A stretch of 64,000 nt of DNA from Chthoniobacterales bacterium (lineage in GTDB: Bacteria > Verrucomicrobiota > Verrucomicrobiia > Chthoniobacterales > Chthoniobacteraceae), in assembly GCA_038207335.1 (NCBI GenBank), contig JBBQZX010000028.1:15149-79148 (forward strand), written 5' to 3'. Made by a program: the position numbers and the translations under genes. The notes beneath the pieces were generated by a model, which worked only from the letters and a program-made list of their open reading frames with translations, did no database searches and was not told where the DNA came from. Of this stretch, positions 48,801-60,200 are shown piece by piece; position 1 is the stretch's first letter, and every line of letters begins with the position of its first letter.

Positions 48801-51574
48801 TGGGGGCCAACGTCCTCCGTCATCGCGAAAAGGTGCTCGCACACGCCGAGCAGCAACTTCTTTCGCAGGGCAAGCTGAACTCCGCTGAACTCCTCTCGCT
48901 CTACAAAAAATTCCTCAAGATCGAGAACCACCGCATCCGCCTGAAGCACTACAGCGGCGGCGGCGGACGCGAGACCTGCGGCCAGAGCGCGAGCCTCGTC
49001 GATATCGTCATCCGGCATCTGCTCACCGCCGCACTGCACGCCGACCCGACGACCACCGGGCGCCCGGTGAAGCTCGCGCTCGTCGCCATCGGCGGATACG
49101 GCCGCGGCGAGCTGAATCCATTCAGCGATGTGGACATCATGTTTCTTTACCCGGACGCGCCGAAAAAGATCGACCCGCGCACGAACGAAATCGTGCAGGC
49201 GATTCTCTACATGCTGTGGGACATCGGGTTTAAAGTCGGCCACTCGACGCGCTCCATCTCCGGTGCGATCACCCAGGCAAATGCGGACATGCTTTCAAAA
49301 ACCTCGCTGCTGGAGTCGCGCCTCGTCGCCGGCGATGAGGCGCTTTTCGAGAAGTTTCGCGCCGCGTTTGTGAAGCAGTGCGTCGAGGGGCACGTCGAGG
49401 AATACATCGCGCAGCGTGTCGCGAACCAGGCCGACCGGCACGAGAAATTCGGGGGCAGCATTTACATGCAAGAGCCGAATGTGAAGAACGGCTGCGGAAG
49501 CCTGCGTGACTACCAAAACCTCTTGTGGATCAGCTTCTTCAAGGAGCGCGTGCAATCCACCGCGGGCCTGCAGGAAAAAAAATTGCTGAACGAAACAGAG
49601 CGCCGCCAGCTCGATCGGGCATACGATTTTCTCCTCCGTGTGCGCACCGAGCTGCACTACTTCAACAAGCGTTCCGCGGACGTGATCGTGCTAAGCCAGC
49701 AAACCCCGATCGCCACGAAGCTCGCGTATCCGCAGAAAAATATCCTGCGTCGCAGCGAGGCATTCATGCGCGAGTACTACCAGCACGCGCGGGATATTTA
49801 TTACATCACCGAGCTCCTCTCGCAGCGTCTCAGCATCCTGTCCCCCGCGGGCACGAAAACGTCCAAACTCCTCGGCATCTTCCGCCGCAAGCCGTCGCGC
49901 GAGGACGAGCACTTCGACGGATTCTACGCGAGCGATGGCAAGATTTTCCCCGAGTCGCGCGACATCTTCGGACAGGACCCGCCACGGCTCATGCGGCTTT
50001 TCCAGCACATGCAGCATCGCGGTCTCCCGATGAGCGCGGAGCTCGAAACGCTCGTGCGGCGGCGGCTTCGGGTCGTGGACAAGACATTCCAATATGGCCG
50101 CGCAAACCGCGACACCTTCACTGCCATCTGCTCGAGAAAAGGCGAGGTTGGCTGGATTTTGCGCGCCATGCACAAGGTCGATTTTCTCGGCCGCTACATT
50201 CCAGAATTCGGCCAGCTTACCTGCCTCGTCCAGCACGAATTTTTCCACCGCTACACCGCCGACGAGCACACGATCGTCTGCATCGAAAAGCTCGACCGCA
50301 TCATCGACACCGACAATCCGCGGCTCGGCGAGTACCAGAAGATTTTCCAGAAGCTCGAAGACCCATTCGTGCTCTACCTCGCGCTGCTCATGCACGACAC
50401 GGGCAAGGCGTCGAACGCCCGGTTGCACGCCGAGGCCAGCACCGTCTTCGCGCAGCGGGTCGCGCGTCGGCTCCAGCTTGCGCCTGAGCGGAGGAAGTCG
50501 CTGCTGCTGCTCGTGGACAACCACATCATCATGTCCAGCACCGCGCAGCGGCGGAATCTCGAGGACTCCGCGACCATCGCGGAGTTTGCCGGCGTGGTGA
50601 AAAATCAGGCCAATCTTGATGCGCTGATGCTGCTGACGCTCGCGGACGGGCAGGGCACCGGGGATGAGAATTGGTCCGATTGGAAGGAGTCGCTCGTCTG
50701 GCAACTCCACCGCAGCACGTCGCTTTATCTCGCCGATGGCGAGGCCTTTTACCGGCAGCGCACGATCGAGCGCGAGGAGCTGCGGAAGACCGTCCACAGC
50801 AAGGTTCGTGGCGATTTCCAAGAGGAGATCGACGCGCAATTCGGCTACATGCCGGATCGTTATTTTCAAACGTACGGCGTCGGCGAAATCATCGAGCACA
50901 TCCGTTTGTTTCGGCGTTTTCTGGAGGCGCGCGACGACGAGGATTTCGTGCCGTTCGCGCCCGCCGTCCGCTGGATCTCGCATCCGAACAAAGGCCACAG
51001 CGAGGTCTGGATTTGCGGCTGGGATCGCACCGAACTACTCGCCCGCATCGCCGGCTCATTCTCCTGCGTGCAGCTCAATATCCTGAGCGCCGATGTGTTT
51101 ACGCGCGGCGACAGTCTAGTGCTTGACATCTTCCGCGTCTGCAACACGAGGTTCGAAGCGGTGACGGACCAAAAGGAAATGGCGCAGGTCGAGAAGCTCC
51201 TCGCACAGTCGATGGCATCAATCGAATACGACTTCACGCCTTTGCTCTCCAAAGCGATGAAGCGGCGAGAATTTCACCTGTCCCAAGAGCTCGATTTCCC
51301 CACTCGCATCGCGATCGATAACAGCGCGCACCCGACCTACACGCTCGTCGATATCCAGACGCCCGACCGCCTCGGCCTGCTCTACAATCTCCTCAAAGCG
51401 CTCGGCGGCGTCGGAGTCCAAATCGCCCTCTCCCGCATCGCGACCGAAAAAGGCGCGGCCATCGACAGCTTCTACGTCAGCGATCTCGAGGGCAAAAAGC
51501 TGAAGGACAGCGCGACCCTTTCCCGCCTCCAGCGAGCCCTCCTCGAAGCCTCGCAAAGCCGCCTGGCGGACTGA
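48797..51574 (+). CDS. glnD: [Protein-PII] uridylyltransferase/uridylyl-removing enzyme
   Basis: AIGGYGRGELNPFSDVD, EPNVK.G.G.LRD, HRYTADEH, HD domain and C-terminal ACT domains (DRLGLL). Confidence 0.95.
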   Translation: MMGANVLRHREKVLAHAEQQLLSQGKLNSAELLSLYKKFLKIENHRIRLKHYSGGGGRETCGQSASLVDIVIRHLLTAALHADPTTTGRPVKLALVAIGGYGRGELNPFSDVDIMFLYPDAPKKIDPRTNEIVQAILYMLWDIGFKVGHSTRSISGAITQANADMLSKTSLLESRLVAGDEALFEKFRAAFVKQCVEGHVEEYIAQRVANQADRHEKFGGSIYMQEPNVKNGCGSLRDYQNLLWISFFKERVQSTAGLQEKKLLNETERRQLDRAYDFLLRVRTELHYFNKRSADVIVLSQQTPIATKLAYPQKNILRRSEAFMREYYQHARDIYYITELLSQRLSILSPAGTKTSKLLGIFRRKPSREDEHFDGFYASDGKIFPESRDIFGQDPPRLMRLFQHMQHRGLPMSAELETLVRRRLRVVDKTFQYGRANRDTFTAICSRKGEVGWILRAMHKVDFLGRYIPEFGQLTCLVQHEFFHRYTADEHTIVCIEKLDRIIDTDNPRLGEYQKIFQKLEDPFVLYLALLMHDTGKASNARLHAEASTVFAQRVARRLQLAPERRKSLLLLVDNHIIMSSTAQRRNLEDSATIAEFAGVVKNQANLDALMLLTLADGQGTGDENWSDWKESLVWQLHRSTSLYLADGEAFYRQRTIEREELRKTVHSKVRGDFQEEIDAQFGYMPDRYFQTYGVGEIIEHIRLFRRFLEARDDEDFVPFAPAVRWISHPNKGHSEVWICGWDRTELLARIAGSFSCVQLNILSADVFTRGDSLVLDIFRVCNTRFEAVTDQKEMAQVEKLLAQSMASIEYDFTPLLSKAMKRREFHLSQELDFPTRIAIDNSAHPTYTLVDIQTPDRLGLLYNLLKALGGVGVQIALSRIATEKGAAIDSFYVSDLEGKKLKDSATLSRLQRALLEASQSRLAD

Positions 51575-51650
51575 GCGGATTTTGGGGGCGCAGCCCTGAG
51601 AAGTTGCGCGCTTCCACGAAGCTGCATCGGAGGGTTTGTGGTCTGACTTT

Positions 51651-53480
51651 TTACAAAGTCTCTGCGCCTCCCTGTCCTTTTGGATCGCGGACGCTCTTGC
51701 GGCGCTGATGGGCGGGGCCCGTTGGTTTGGAAAGGTTGTGGGCGGTGTTGATGAGCGCGATGTGGGAGAAGGCTTGAGGAAAATTTCCAACTAGGCGCTT
51801 GGCGCGCGGGTCGTATTCCTCGGAAAGGAGGCCGAGGTCGTTGCGGAGAGAAAGGAGTCGCTCGAAAAGTTCGCGGGCCTCGTCGCGGCGACCGAGCAGG
51901 ATGTAGTTGTCGGCAAGCCAGAAGGAGCACGGCAGAAACGCGCCTTCGCCGGGCGGGAGGCCATCAACGTCTTCGGCTTTGTCAGGGTGGTATCGCATGA
52001 CGAAGCCATCGACGACGAGGTCGCGCTCAATCGCTGCGACGGTGCCGCGAATACGCTCGTCTTCGGGCGGGAGGAAGCCGACGAGCGGCAACATGAGCAG
52101 GCTGGCGTCGAGCTTTTCCGAGCCGTAATCCTGCGTGAATGAGCCGAGCTTTTTACTGAATCCTCGCGCGCAAATTTCCTCGCGGAGCTGATCGCGCTGC
52201 TGTCGCCAGCGATCGACAGGGCCTACGAGTCCGAACTTCTCCACATTGCAAACGGCGCGATCGAATGCCACCCACGCCATCACTTTCGAATGAGTGAAAT
52301 GCCGCCGCGGGCCGCGCACCTCCCAGATGCCCTCGTCGGGCTCGTGCCACGCGGTTTCCAGGAATTCCATCACTGCGCGCTGCATGCGCCAAGAGGCTTC
52401 CTCGGGCTCGATGCCTGCGAGATACGACTGGTGCATCACGTCGATGAGCTCGCCATACACGTCGAGCTGAAATTGCCCGCTCGCCGCATTCCCGACATGC
52501 ACGGGCTTCGAGTTTTCATAGCCCGGGAGCCACGGCACTTCGTATTCGTCGAGCCGCCTTTCGCCGCGCGCGCCATACATGATTTGCAGCTTCGATGGGT
52601 CGCCCGCGACCGCGCGCAGGAGCCAGTCGCGCCACGCGCACGCCTCGCTCTTGTAGCCCGCGGCGAGTAAGGAGTAGAGGGTGAAAGTCGCATCTCGCAG
52701 CCAGCAGTATCGGTAGTCCCAATTTCGCACGCCGCCGATTTTCTCGGGCAGCGAAGTCGTGGGGGCCGCTATGATGCCGCCGCTCGGCGCGTAGGTCAGC
52801 GCCTTCAGTGTGATCAGCGAGCGCTGCACCGCCTCATCCCATTCGCTCGATTGCTTCGATTGCGAACTCCATTCGCGCCACCAGCGTTCCGTTTTTTTGA
52901 GTTCACGAAGCGGCTCGACGTGCGTTTTAGGCGCTTCGTAGGAGGGGTGCCAGAGCAGGAGGAAGGTCTGCGTGTCCCCCTCCGAGATTTCGAATTCCGC
53001 GACGGTCGTGAGGTCTTCGCCGCGCGTCGGCACATCGCACCAGAGGCTGATCGCATCGGGCCCGGCGACCGCTTCGAGCCGGTCGTCGATCTGTCGCACC
53101 CATGGTAGGATCGAGCCGTAATCGAAGCGAATCACGAGCTGCATCTTCATCTTCACGCGCCCACGGATGCCACGCACGACTCGCACGAGATCGATCGCGT
53201 GATCGCGCGGCGGCATGAAATCGATCACACGAACGCAGCCCTCCTCCGTCTCGAAATCCGTCTCCAGAATCAGCGTGCCCGGCCGATATCGCCGCGAGGT
53301 CGCCGTGATTTTTCCCGCAGGCGCCATTTTCCAATAGCCGTGGTTTTCATCCCCAAGCAGTGCGGAAAAGCACGCGGCGGAGTCGAAGCGCGGCAGGCAG
53401 AGCCAGTCAATCGAGCCGTTGCGGCCGACGAGCGCGGCGGTGTGTGTGTCGCCGATGAGGCCGTAGTCTTCGATTTTCAC
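51651..53480 (-). CDS. Glycoside hydrolase family 15 (glucoamylase/trehalase-like)
   Basis: IEDYGLIGD, RNWDYRYCWLRD, QLDVYGE, GIWEVRG, GNFPQAFSH. Confidence 0.94.
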   Translation of the reverse strand: MKIEDYGLIGDTHTAALVGRNGSIDWLCLPRFDSAACFSALLGDENHGYWKMAPAGKITATSRRYRPGTLILETDFETEEGCVRVIDFMPPRDHAIDLVRVVRGIRGRVKMKMQLVIRFDYGSILPWVRQIDDRLEAVAGPDAISLWCDVPTRGEDLTTVAEFEISEGDTQTFLLLWHPSYEAPKTHVEPLRELKKTERWWREWSSQSKQSSEWDEAVQRSLITLKALTYAPSGGIIAAPTTSLPEKIGGVRNWDYRYCWLRDATFTLYSLLAAGYKSEACAWRDWLLRAVAGDPSKLQIMYGARGERRLDEYEVPWLPGYENSKPVHVGNAASGQFQLDVYGELIDVMHQSYLAGIEPEEASWRMQRAVMEFLETAWHEPDEGIWEVRGPRRHFTHSKVMAWVAFDRAVCNVEKFGLVGPVDRWRQQRDQLREEICARGFSKKLGSFTQDYGSEKLDASLLMLPLVGFLPPEDERIRGTVAAIERDLVVDGFVMRYHPDKAEDVDGLPPGEGAFLPCSFWLADNYILLGRRDEARELFERLLSLRNDLGLLSEEYDPRAKRLVGNFPQAFSHIALINTAHNLSKPTGPAHQRRKSVRDPKGQGGAETL

Positions 53481-53574
53481 AGAGGTGCTTGTATGGGAGT
53501 TGGAAACGAATCGCGTGCGTGCTCGATGCCGGTTCCGCACGGGAGACGCGTATTTTTTTTGAAACGAAACGCTT

Positions 53575-53601
53575 GAGTATGCGCATGATGTGCGCATACT
53601 C
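53575..53601. promoter_or_regulatory. Perfect 11-bp inverted repeat over the putative rpsO promoter
   Basis: GAGTATGCGCA-tgatg-TGCGCATACTC; overlaps TTGAGT-16-CATACT. Confidence 0.5.
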
Positions 53602-53622
53602 CCGGCCCACAAAAAACGAAAA

Positions 53623-53877
53623 ATGACAGACACTCAGGACATCTCCGCACTGCGGATGCACGCAAACGACACCGGTAGCGCCGACGTGCAAATCGCTCTT
53701 CTCACCAAGCGGATCAGCGATCTCACGGAACACCTCAAGACGCACGTTAAAGACCACCACTCGCGCCGCGGCCTCCTGCAAATGGTCGCCCGCCGCCGCA
53801 AGCTCCTCGACTACCTCAAGCGCACCGCTGGTGAGCGCTACAAAGGCATTCTCGAGAAGCTCAGTCTGCGTAAATAA
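53623..53877 (+). CDS. rpsO: 30S ribosomal protein S15
   Basis: [32 protein letters not shown]. Confidence 0.97.
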   Translation: MTDTQDISALRMHANDTGSADVQIALLTKRISDLTEHLKTHVKDHHSRRGLLQMVARRRKLLDYLKRTAGERYKGILEKLSLRK

Positions 53878-53898
53878 CTTTCACAATTTCAGGAATTG

Positions 53899-53930
53899 GT
53901 TCGCCCCCGGAAATCGGGGGCGAACTTTTT
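53899..53930 (+). terminator. rpsO terminator
   Basis: gttcgcccccg...cgggggcgaac-ttttt. Confidence 0.82.
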
Positions 53931-54004
53931 CTGAACACAGCGTCGCGTGGCAATTCCGCCGCGCGGCATTTCAAAAAACAAAACCCCAAGCTAGAGAGGC
54001 TTCT

Positions 54005-54109
54005 CCGGCGCGTTGGCGGATCATTTTGAATCTTGAATTTTGAACTCCGAGGAGCGGCGTCTCCCGGTTCGGAGTTCCAAATTCAACATTCAAAATTCCG
54101 CCGCACCGG
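54005..54109 (+). promoter_or_regulatory. Long hairpin in the pnp leader built from TTGAATT-type heptamers
   Basis: ggcgga..attttgaatcttgaattttgaactccga / tcggagttccaaattcaacattcaaaat..tccgcc. Confidence 0.65.
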
Positions 54110-54128
54110 ATCGCCTCACCAAAATAAC

Positions 54129-56279
54129 ATGATCCATCAAGTCACGAGCCAGGTCGGCTCCACCCCCATCGTCATCGAAACCGGCAAGCTCGCCAAACTC
54201 GCCGACGGTGCAGTCACCGTCCGCTGCGGCGAGACGATCGTCTTCGTCTCAGCCGTCTCTGCCACGTCGCTGAAAGACGGCCAGGACTGGTTTCCGCTCA
54301 CCGTCGATTACCGCGAAAAAGCGGCCGCGGTCGGCAAATTCCCCGGCGGCTACTTCAAGCGTGAAGGCCGTCCCTCCGAGAAGGAAATCCTTACCTGCCG
54401 GATGACTGATCGTCCGCTGCGTCCGCTCTTCCCCAAAGGCTACCTCTACGACACGCAGATCATCTCCGTGCTGCTCAGCGCAGACGGTCAGAATGATCCC
54501 GACATGCTCTCCATCAATGGCGCGAGCGCTGCGCTCATGGTGTCCGATATCCCGTTCGCGGGGCCGATCGGCGCTGTCCGCGTTGGGCGCGTGAATGGCC
54601 AGTTCATCGTCAATCCGACGCACGCCGAAATGGCGCACAGCGACCTCGACCTCGTCTATGTCGGCACGAAGGACGACGTCATCATGATCGAAGGCGCCGC
54701 CGATCAGCTCCCCGAAGAGGAGTTTGTCAAAGCGCTGGAATTTGCCCACGGCCACGCGCGCACGATCATCGACGCGCAGGTCGAGCTCGCGGCGAAAGTC
54801 AATAAGACCAAGCGCGTTCTGCCGCTCATGCTGGTGAAGGACGAGCTTCTCGAAGTCGCCTACTCGGTCGCCGGCGACCGGATCGAAGCCGCCCTGAACA
54901 CGAGCGGCAAAGCGAACCGGCACAAGGCTGTCGAAGCCCTCAAAAAAGAAGTCAGCAACGCCGTCATCGCGAAATATCCCGATGCGACGAAATTCGAAGT
55001 CAGTCAGGCTTTCGACTACCTGCAGAAGAAGGCGTTCCGCATCAGCATCCTCGACAAAAAGGTGCGCTGCGACGGACGCGGTCTCGGCCAGATTCGCGAC
55101 ATCGTCGCCGAAGTCGGCCTGCTTCCTCGCTCACACGGGAGCTCGATGTTCCAGCGGGGCGAAACGCAATCCGTCGCGCTCGCGACGCTCGCTCCTGCCG
55201 ACGAAGCGCAGGACCTCGACGGCTACACCGGCGGTGCGACCACCAAGCGCTTCATTTTGCACTACAACTTCCCGCCCTTCAGCGTCGGCGAGACAGGCCG
55301 CACCGGCAGCCCCGGGCGCCGCGAAATCGGCCACGGTGCGCTCGCCGAGCGCTCCATCGACGCGGTGATCCCGAGCGTGGAGAAATTCCCCTACGCCATG
55401 CGCGTCAGCAGCGAGATCATGGAAAGCAACGGCTCCAGCTCGATGGCCAGCGTCTGCGCAGGCATCCTCGCCCTCATGGATGCAGGCGTGCCGATCAAGG
55501 CTCCCGTCGCCGGCATCAGCGTCGGCCTCGTCACCGAATACGGCGCGGACGGCCAGCTCGCCCGCTACACCACGCTCGCAGACATCCTCGGCAGCGAGGA
55601 CCACTTCGGCGACATGGACTTCAAACTCTGCGGCACCGAGCGCGGCGTCACCGGCTTCCAGCTCGACCTGAAGCTCCCCGGCGTCAGCCACAAAATCATG
55701 GCCGAGGCGATCTTCCAGGCCCGCGACCTCCGCGGCGAAGTGCTCGCGAAAATGGCCGTCGCTCTCGACGAGCCGCGCACCGAGATGAGCCCGTATGCGC
55801 CGCGCATCGAGACCGTGAAAATCAACCCGGAGAAAATCGGCCTCCTCATCGGGCCCGGCGGCAAGACGATCAAAGGCATCGTCGCCGAGACTGGGTGCGA
55901 GATTAACATCCAGGACGACGGCACCGTGCAGCTCTACTCGAACAACCCCGAGGGCATGGCTCGCGCGAAACAAATCGTTGAGGGCATGACCAAGGAGATC
56001 GAAATCGGCACGATGTATCAGGGCCGCGTCGTCACCATCAAAGAGTTCGGCTGCTTCGTCGAAGTCATGCCCGGAAAAGACGGCATGGTGCACATCTCCG
56101 AGCTCGCGGACTTCCGCGTGAACCGCGTCGAGGACGTCGTGAAAGTCGGCGAACTCATCTGGGTCAAATGCATCGGCGTCGATGAAAAGGGCCGGGTGAA
56201 ACTCAGCCGCAAAGCCGCGATGAAAGACCGCCAGGTGGAAGAGCAGGGGGCAGCCGCTCCTGCTGCGCCACAGGAATAA
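54129..56279 (+). CDS. pnp: Polyribonucleotide nucleotidyltransferase (PNPase)
   Basis: [43 protein letters not shown] and S1 domains. Confidence 0.98.
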   Translation: MIHQVTSQVGSTPIVIETGKLAKLADGAVTVRCGETIVFVSAVSATSLKDGQDWFPLTVDYREKAAAVGKFPGGYFKREGRPSEKEILTCRMTDRPLRPLFPKGYLYDTQIISVLLSADGQNDPDMLSINGASAALMVSDIPFAGPIGAVRVGRVNGQFIVNPTHAEMAHSDLDLVYVGTKDDVIMIEGAADQLPEEEFVKALEFAHGHARTIIDAQVELAAKVNKTKRVLPLMLVKDELLEVAYSVAGDRIEAALNTSGKANRHKAVEALKKEVSNAVIAKYPDATKFEVSQAFDYLQKKAFRISILDKKVRCDGRGLGQIRDIVAEVGLLPRSHGSSMFQRGETQSVALATLAPADEAQDLDGYTGGATTKRFILHYNFPPFSVGETGRTGSPGRREIGHGALAERSIDAVIPSVEKFPYAMRVSSEIMESNGSSSMASVCAGILALMDAGVPIKAPVAGISVGLVTEYGADGQLARYTTLADILGSEDHFGDMDFKLCGTERGVTGFQLDLKLPGVSHKIMAEAIFQARDLRGEVLAKMAVALDEPRTEMSPYAPRIETVKINPEKIGLLIGPGGKTIKGIVAETGCEINIQDDGTVQLYSNNPEGMARAKQIVEGMTKEIEIGTMYQGRVVTIKEFGCFVEVMPGKDGMVHISELADFRVNRVEDVVKVGELIWVKCIGVDEKGRVKLSRKAAMKDRQVEEQGAAAPAAPQE

Positions 56280-56296
56280 AAGGAAGCTCAGTTCAG

Positions 56297-56329
56297 AAAA
56301 CGCCGTCCAGAAATGGACGGCGTTTTTTT
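56297..56329. terminator. Bidirectional intrinsic terminator (pnp / parA)
   Basis: aaaacgccgtcca-gaaa-tggacggcgttttttt. Confidence 0.9.
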
Positions 56330-56373
56330 ATCTAGGACGACTAGAAATTCGCGCTGCCCGTTTTGGCGAAAGC

Positions 56374-57141
56374 CTATGATTTGTGTCGCGCGAGGAACTC
56401 CTCGGCGAGGGCGCGGTAAGCAGCGGAGCCGATGCCGTTGGGCTCGTATTCGATGATCGGTTTGCCGTGGCTCGGGGCCTCACCGAGGCGGACGCTGCGC
56501 GGGATTACGGTCTTGTAGAGGACTTCGCCGAAGTGACTCTGGACTTCGCCGATGACTTGGTTGGCGAGGTTGTTTCGCATGAACATGGTCATCAAGATGC
56601 CGCAGATTTTGAGCTGCGGATTCGCGCCGCAATCGCGGATTTGCGAGACGACGTTGTCGATTTTGCTGAGGCCTTCGAGGGCGTAATATTCGCACTGGAG
56701 CGGGATGAAAAGCTCGTCGGCGGCGGCGAGCGCATTGGTCATCAGGATGCCGAGCGAGGGCGGGCAATCGAGCAGCACGAAGTCGAACTCGGCGGCGGCA
56801 CGCAGCGGCTCGAATGCAGTGCGGAGACGGGTGAGGTGATCCTCGGCGCGGGCGACTTCGATCTCGGCGCCGGCGAGGTCGATGTCGCCTGGGATGATGG
56901 AGAGGTTCTCCCAAATCGTCGGAACGATTTTCTCCGCGATATCTCCGTGGCCGAGCAGCGGACCGTAGATGCTGTGGCCCTCGAGTGGCGGCACGCCGAG
57001 GCCGCTGGTGGCGTTACCCTGCGGATCGAGGTCGATGATGAGGACGCGCACGCCACGGGCCGCGAGACAGGCGGCGAGATTGACTGACGTGGTGGTCTTT
57101 CCCACACCGCCTTTCTGATTGGCGACAGCGACGATTTTCAT
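56374..57141 (-). CDS. parA: ParA/Soj family ATPase
   Basis: MKIVAVANQKGGVGKTT, DLDPQGNA, DCPPSLG, QCEYYALEG, EAPSHG. Confidence 0.93.
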   Translation of the reverse strand: MKIVAVANQKGGVGKTTTSVNLAACLAARGVRVLIIDLDPQGNATSGLGVPPLEGHSIYGPLLGHGDIAEKIVPTIWENLSIIPGDIDLAGAEIEVARAEDHLTRLRTAFEPLRAAAEFDFVLLDCPPSLGILMTNALAAADELFIPLQCEYYALEGLSKIDNVVSQIRDCGANPQLKICGILMTMFMRNNLANQVIGEVQSHFGEVLYKTVIPRSVRLGEAPSHGKPIIEYEPNGIGSAAYRALAEEFLARHKS

Positions 57142-57162
57142 GGGCGCGGAACGTAGGCGCGG

Positions 57163-57215
57163 AATTGCGGATTGGCCATTGGGGATTGGTGATTGGGGCG
57201 GATCGATTTTCGATT
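57163..57215. repeat. Short heptamer (GATTGG-type) repeat tract
   Basis: aattgcg gattggc cattggg gattggt gattggg, a 7-bp period. Confidence 0.55.
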
Positions 57216-57261
57216 GCGTGGCGCTCTTCCAAATCGGGAGAAGCCGAATGAGGATGCGGCG

Positions 57262-60200
57262 GTGATCGAACTCACCGAACGACTCCTCTCCGATGCCGGC
57301 GGCTGGCAGGCGCTGAAACAGGCACGCAGCCTGCACGAAATGGGGCGCGTGATGGAGGCGACTTACGAGCCACCGATGCTGCAAGGAAAGGTGCGGGTCG
57401 GCGATTCTGAGCTGCGATCGGGGTTGCGAATTTTGACGAAGAGCAACATCGAGAATCTGTGCGTTTGCCGCGCCTCGAAGCAGTACGGGACGATTTGCGA
57501 ACACGCGCTGGCGATAGGCCTCGCGGTGCTGAAACCGCGCGCAACGGCGGGACCGATGAAAGTGGTAGAGACCGGGCCCGCGCCTGTGCTGAAGCCGATC
57601 TTCAGCTCGGAGGGTGAGGGGACGCCGCTTGAATTGTTTGTGATTCTCGCGCCGAATTTCGCGGCAATGTGGGAGCGGAATTCGATCACGCTCGGTGCGG
57701 AGGTGGCTGTCGCGGGGAAGCGCGCGTTGCTCAGCGCGCTCGACCGGACGCGCGACTATCGGTGCGCGCCGGATGATGTGGAGGCTGTGGGGAAGTTGCG
57801 CGAGATGGCGGGCGGTGAGCTGCCCGGCATGGCGATGCTCACACGCGTGCAATTCGTCGATTTTCTCGGTGCTCTGGCGGGGCATCCGCGTGTGACTTTC
57901 GGCAAGACGACGGCGGTGAAAGTGGAGGCGACAGGCGTGCAGCCGCGGCTTGCGATCACACGCGGCGCGGACGGCTCTGCGACGCTGCGTGCGGAGATTC
58001 CGGGGGAGGGGAAGTTGCTCGCTGGCGGCGCGCAGGCGTGGCTTTTGCGCGGCGAGACGTTTGTGCCGGTGGCGCCGGGATTGCCCGCGGCTTACGCGGA
58101 TTTGCTCGTGCGCGAGATCACGATTCCGGCGGAAGGCGCGGAGCAATTTCTCTCTCGCGAATTGCCAGCGCTCGCCGCGTTCTTCGAAATCGACGCGGCG
58201 CTCGTGCCTGCTGCGCGATCCTTTGTGGAGGCTCCTCGCGAGACGTCGGAGTTTTCGCTCAAGCTCGAGGGTTCGCTCAATTTTCTCGCTGCGGAACTCA
58301 CCTGCCGGCGCGGCGAAAAGCACATCGCCGTCGGCGGCGCGGGATACCCCGCAGGAAACCCCGACGAGTCGGCGGCGCTGGGGCGTTTGCAGCGCGCAGG
58401 CTTCGCCGCCCCGGATGCCAAGGGCCAGCTCATGCTCAAAGGCGAAGCGGCGATCCTGGCTTTCTTCGCGCGGGATCTGCCGCGGCTGGAGCGCGAGTGG
58501 AAGGTCACGATCGGCGAGCGCTTTCAGCACGTCACGCGCGACGTCGAGCGCATCGCGCCGCGGCTGGAGATTCGCAGTTCGGGCGAGCGGTGGTTCGACT
58601 TGAATGTCGAGCTGGCGACGCCGGACGGGGAGCGTTTCTCGGCGGCGGAAATCCAGCGCCTTCTGCAATCCGGTCGCGGCTCCGTGAAGCTCAAGAACGG
58701 CAAGACCGCGGTCTTCGATCCGGGGCTGCTCGATGAATTTCAGAACGTCCTCAAGGACTGCAATCCGCAGCAGAAGCAGCCGGGGCAATATCGCATCGAG
58801 CGGCAGCACGCGGCGTATCTCGAAGGCGCGGCGAACGACGGCGGCCTGGTTATCGCGAGCACGCCGGAATGGCGCTCGTGGGCCACCGCGCCGCGGCAGC
58901 TCGAACGGCTTACGCCCTTCCCGCTCGGCGACCTCGAAGGCGTGCTGCGGCCCTATCAAAAGCAGGGCGTCTATTGGCTGCACTTCCTTGCCCAGAACGG
59001 CTGGGGCGGCATCCTCGCCGACGAAATGGGCCTCGGAAAAACCGTCCAGATGCTCGCGTTTCTCCGCTCGCTGCGCGGCCGCACGCTCGTGGTCTGTCCG
59101 TCGTCGCTCATCTACAACTGGCAGCGGGAAGCCGCGCGGTTTGCGCCCGATTTGAAAGTCCTCGCGCTCGCGGGAGCCAAGCGGCACGAGCTTTTCCCAC
59201 GCATCGCGGAGTCGAATCTCATCCTCACGAGCTACCCGCTTTTGCGCCGCGATGCGGAGAAATATCGCAGCGTGAAATTCGACGCGATGGTCCTCGACGA
59301 GGCCCAGCACATCAAAAATCCCGAGAGCCAAAACGCGCAGTCGGCGCAGACGATCGACGCGCGCCATCGCTTCGTGCTGACCGGCACGCCGGTGGAAAAT
59401 TCGGTGCGCGATATTTGGTCCATCATGAATTTCTTGATGCCCGGCTACCTCGGCACGCGCGCCGATTTCAAAGAGCGCTTCGAGCAGCCGATCGCGGGCG
59501 CGCCGGGTGGCGCGGAGCAGCGGCGGCTCGTGCAGCGGCTGAAGCCCTTCATCCTCCGCCGGCTGAAAAAAACCGTCGCGCCCGAGCTGCCGGACAAGAT
59601 CGAGCAGGTGGCCTTTTGCGAACTCAGCGGCGCGCAGGCCGAGACCTACAAAAAGCTCCTCGACTCGACACGGCGCGAGGTCTCGCAGCTCGCCGGGACC
59701 AAGGATCAAAACAAGGCGCGCATGCTCATGCTCACAGCGCTGCTGCGGCTGCGGCAGGCGTGCTGCGACCTCCGTTTGCTCGGTCTGGAAAATGTCGAGC
59801 CCGCGGAATGTTCCGCCAAGCTGGAGCTGCTCGAAGAGCTCCTGCAGGAGGCGCTCGATGGCGGCCACCGCGTCATCGTCTTCAGCCAATTCGTCTCCAT
59901 GCTCGCCCTCATCCGCGACCAACTCACCGCCGCCGACACGCCCTTTTGCTACCTCGACGGCAGCACCAAAGACCGCGCCGCCGTCGTCGATCGCTTCCAG
60001 ACCGGCGAGGTGCCCGTCTTTCTCATGAGCCTCAAAGCCGGCGGTGTCGGCCTGAATCTCACCGCCGCCGACACCGTCATCCACTTCGACCCGTGGTGGA
60101 ATCCCGCCGTCGAAGCCCAAGCCACCGACCGCGCGCACCGCATCGGCCAAAAGAGCGTCGTCACCGCCTACAAGCTTATCGCGCGCGGGACCGTGGAGGA

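Noticed and set aside
56374..60150. 1258-aa ORF suggesting a giant ParA fusion
   Set aside because: The first ~1000 aa are the in-register antisense shadow of the SNF2 gene; ParA starts at 57141.
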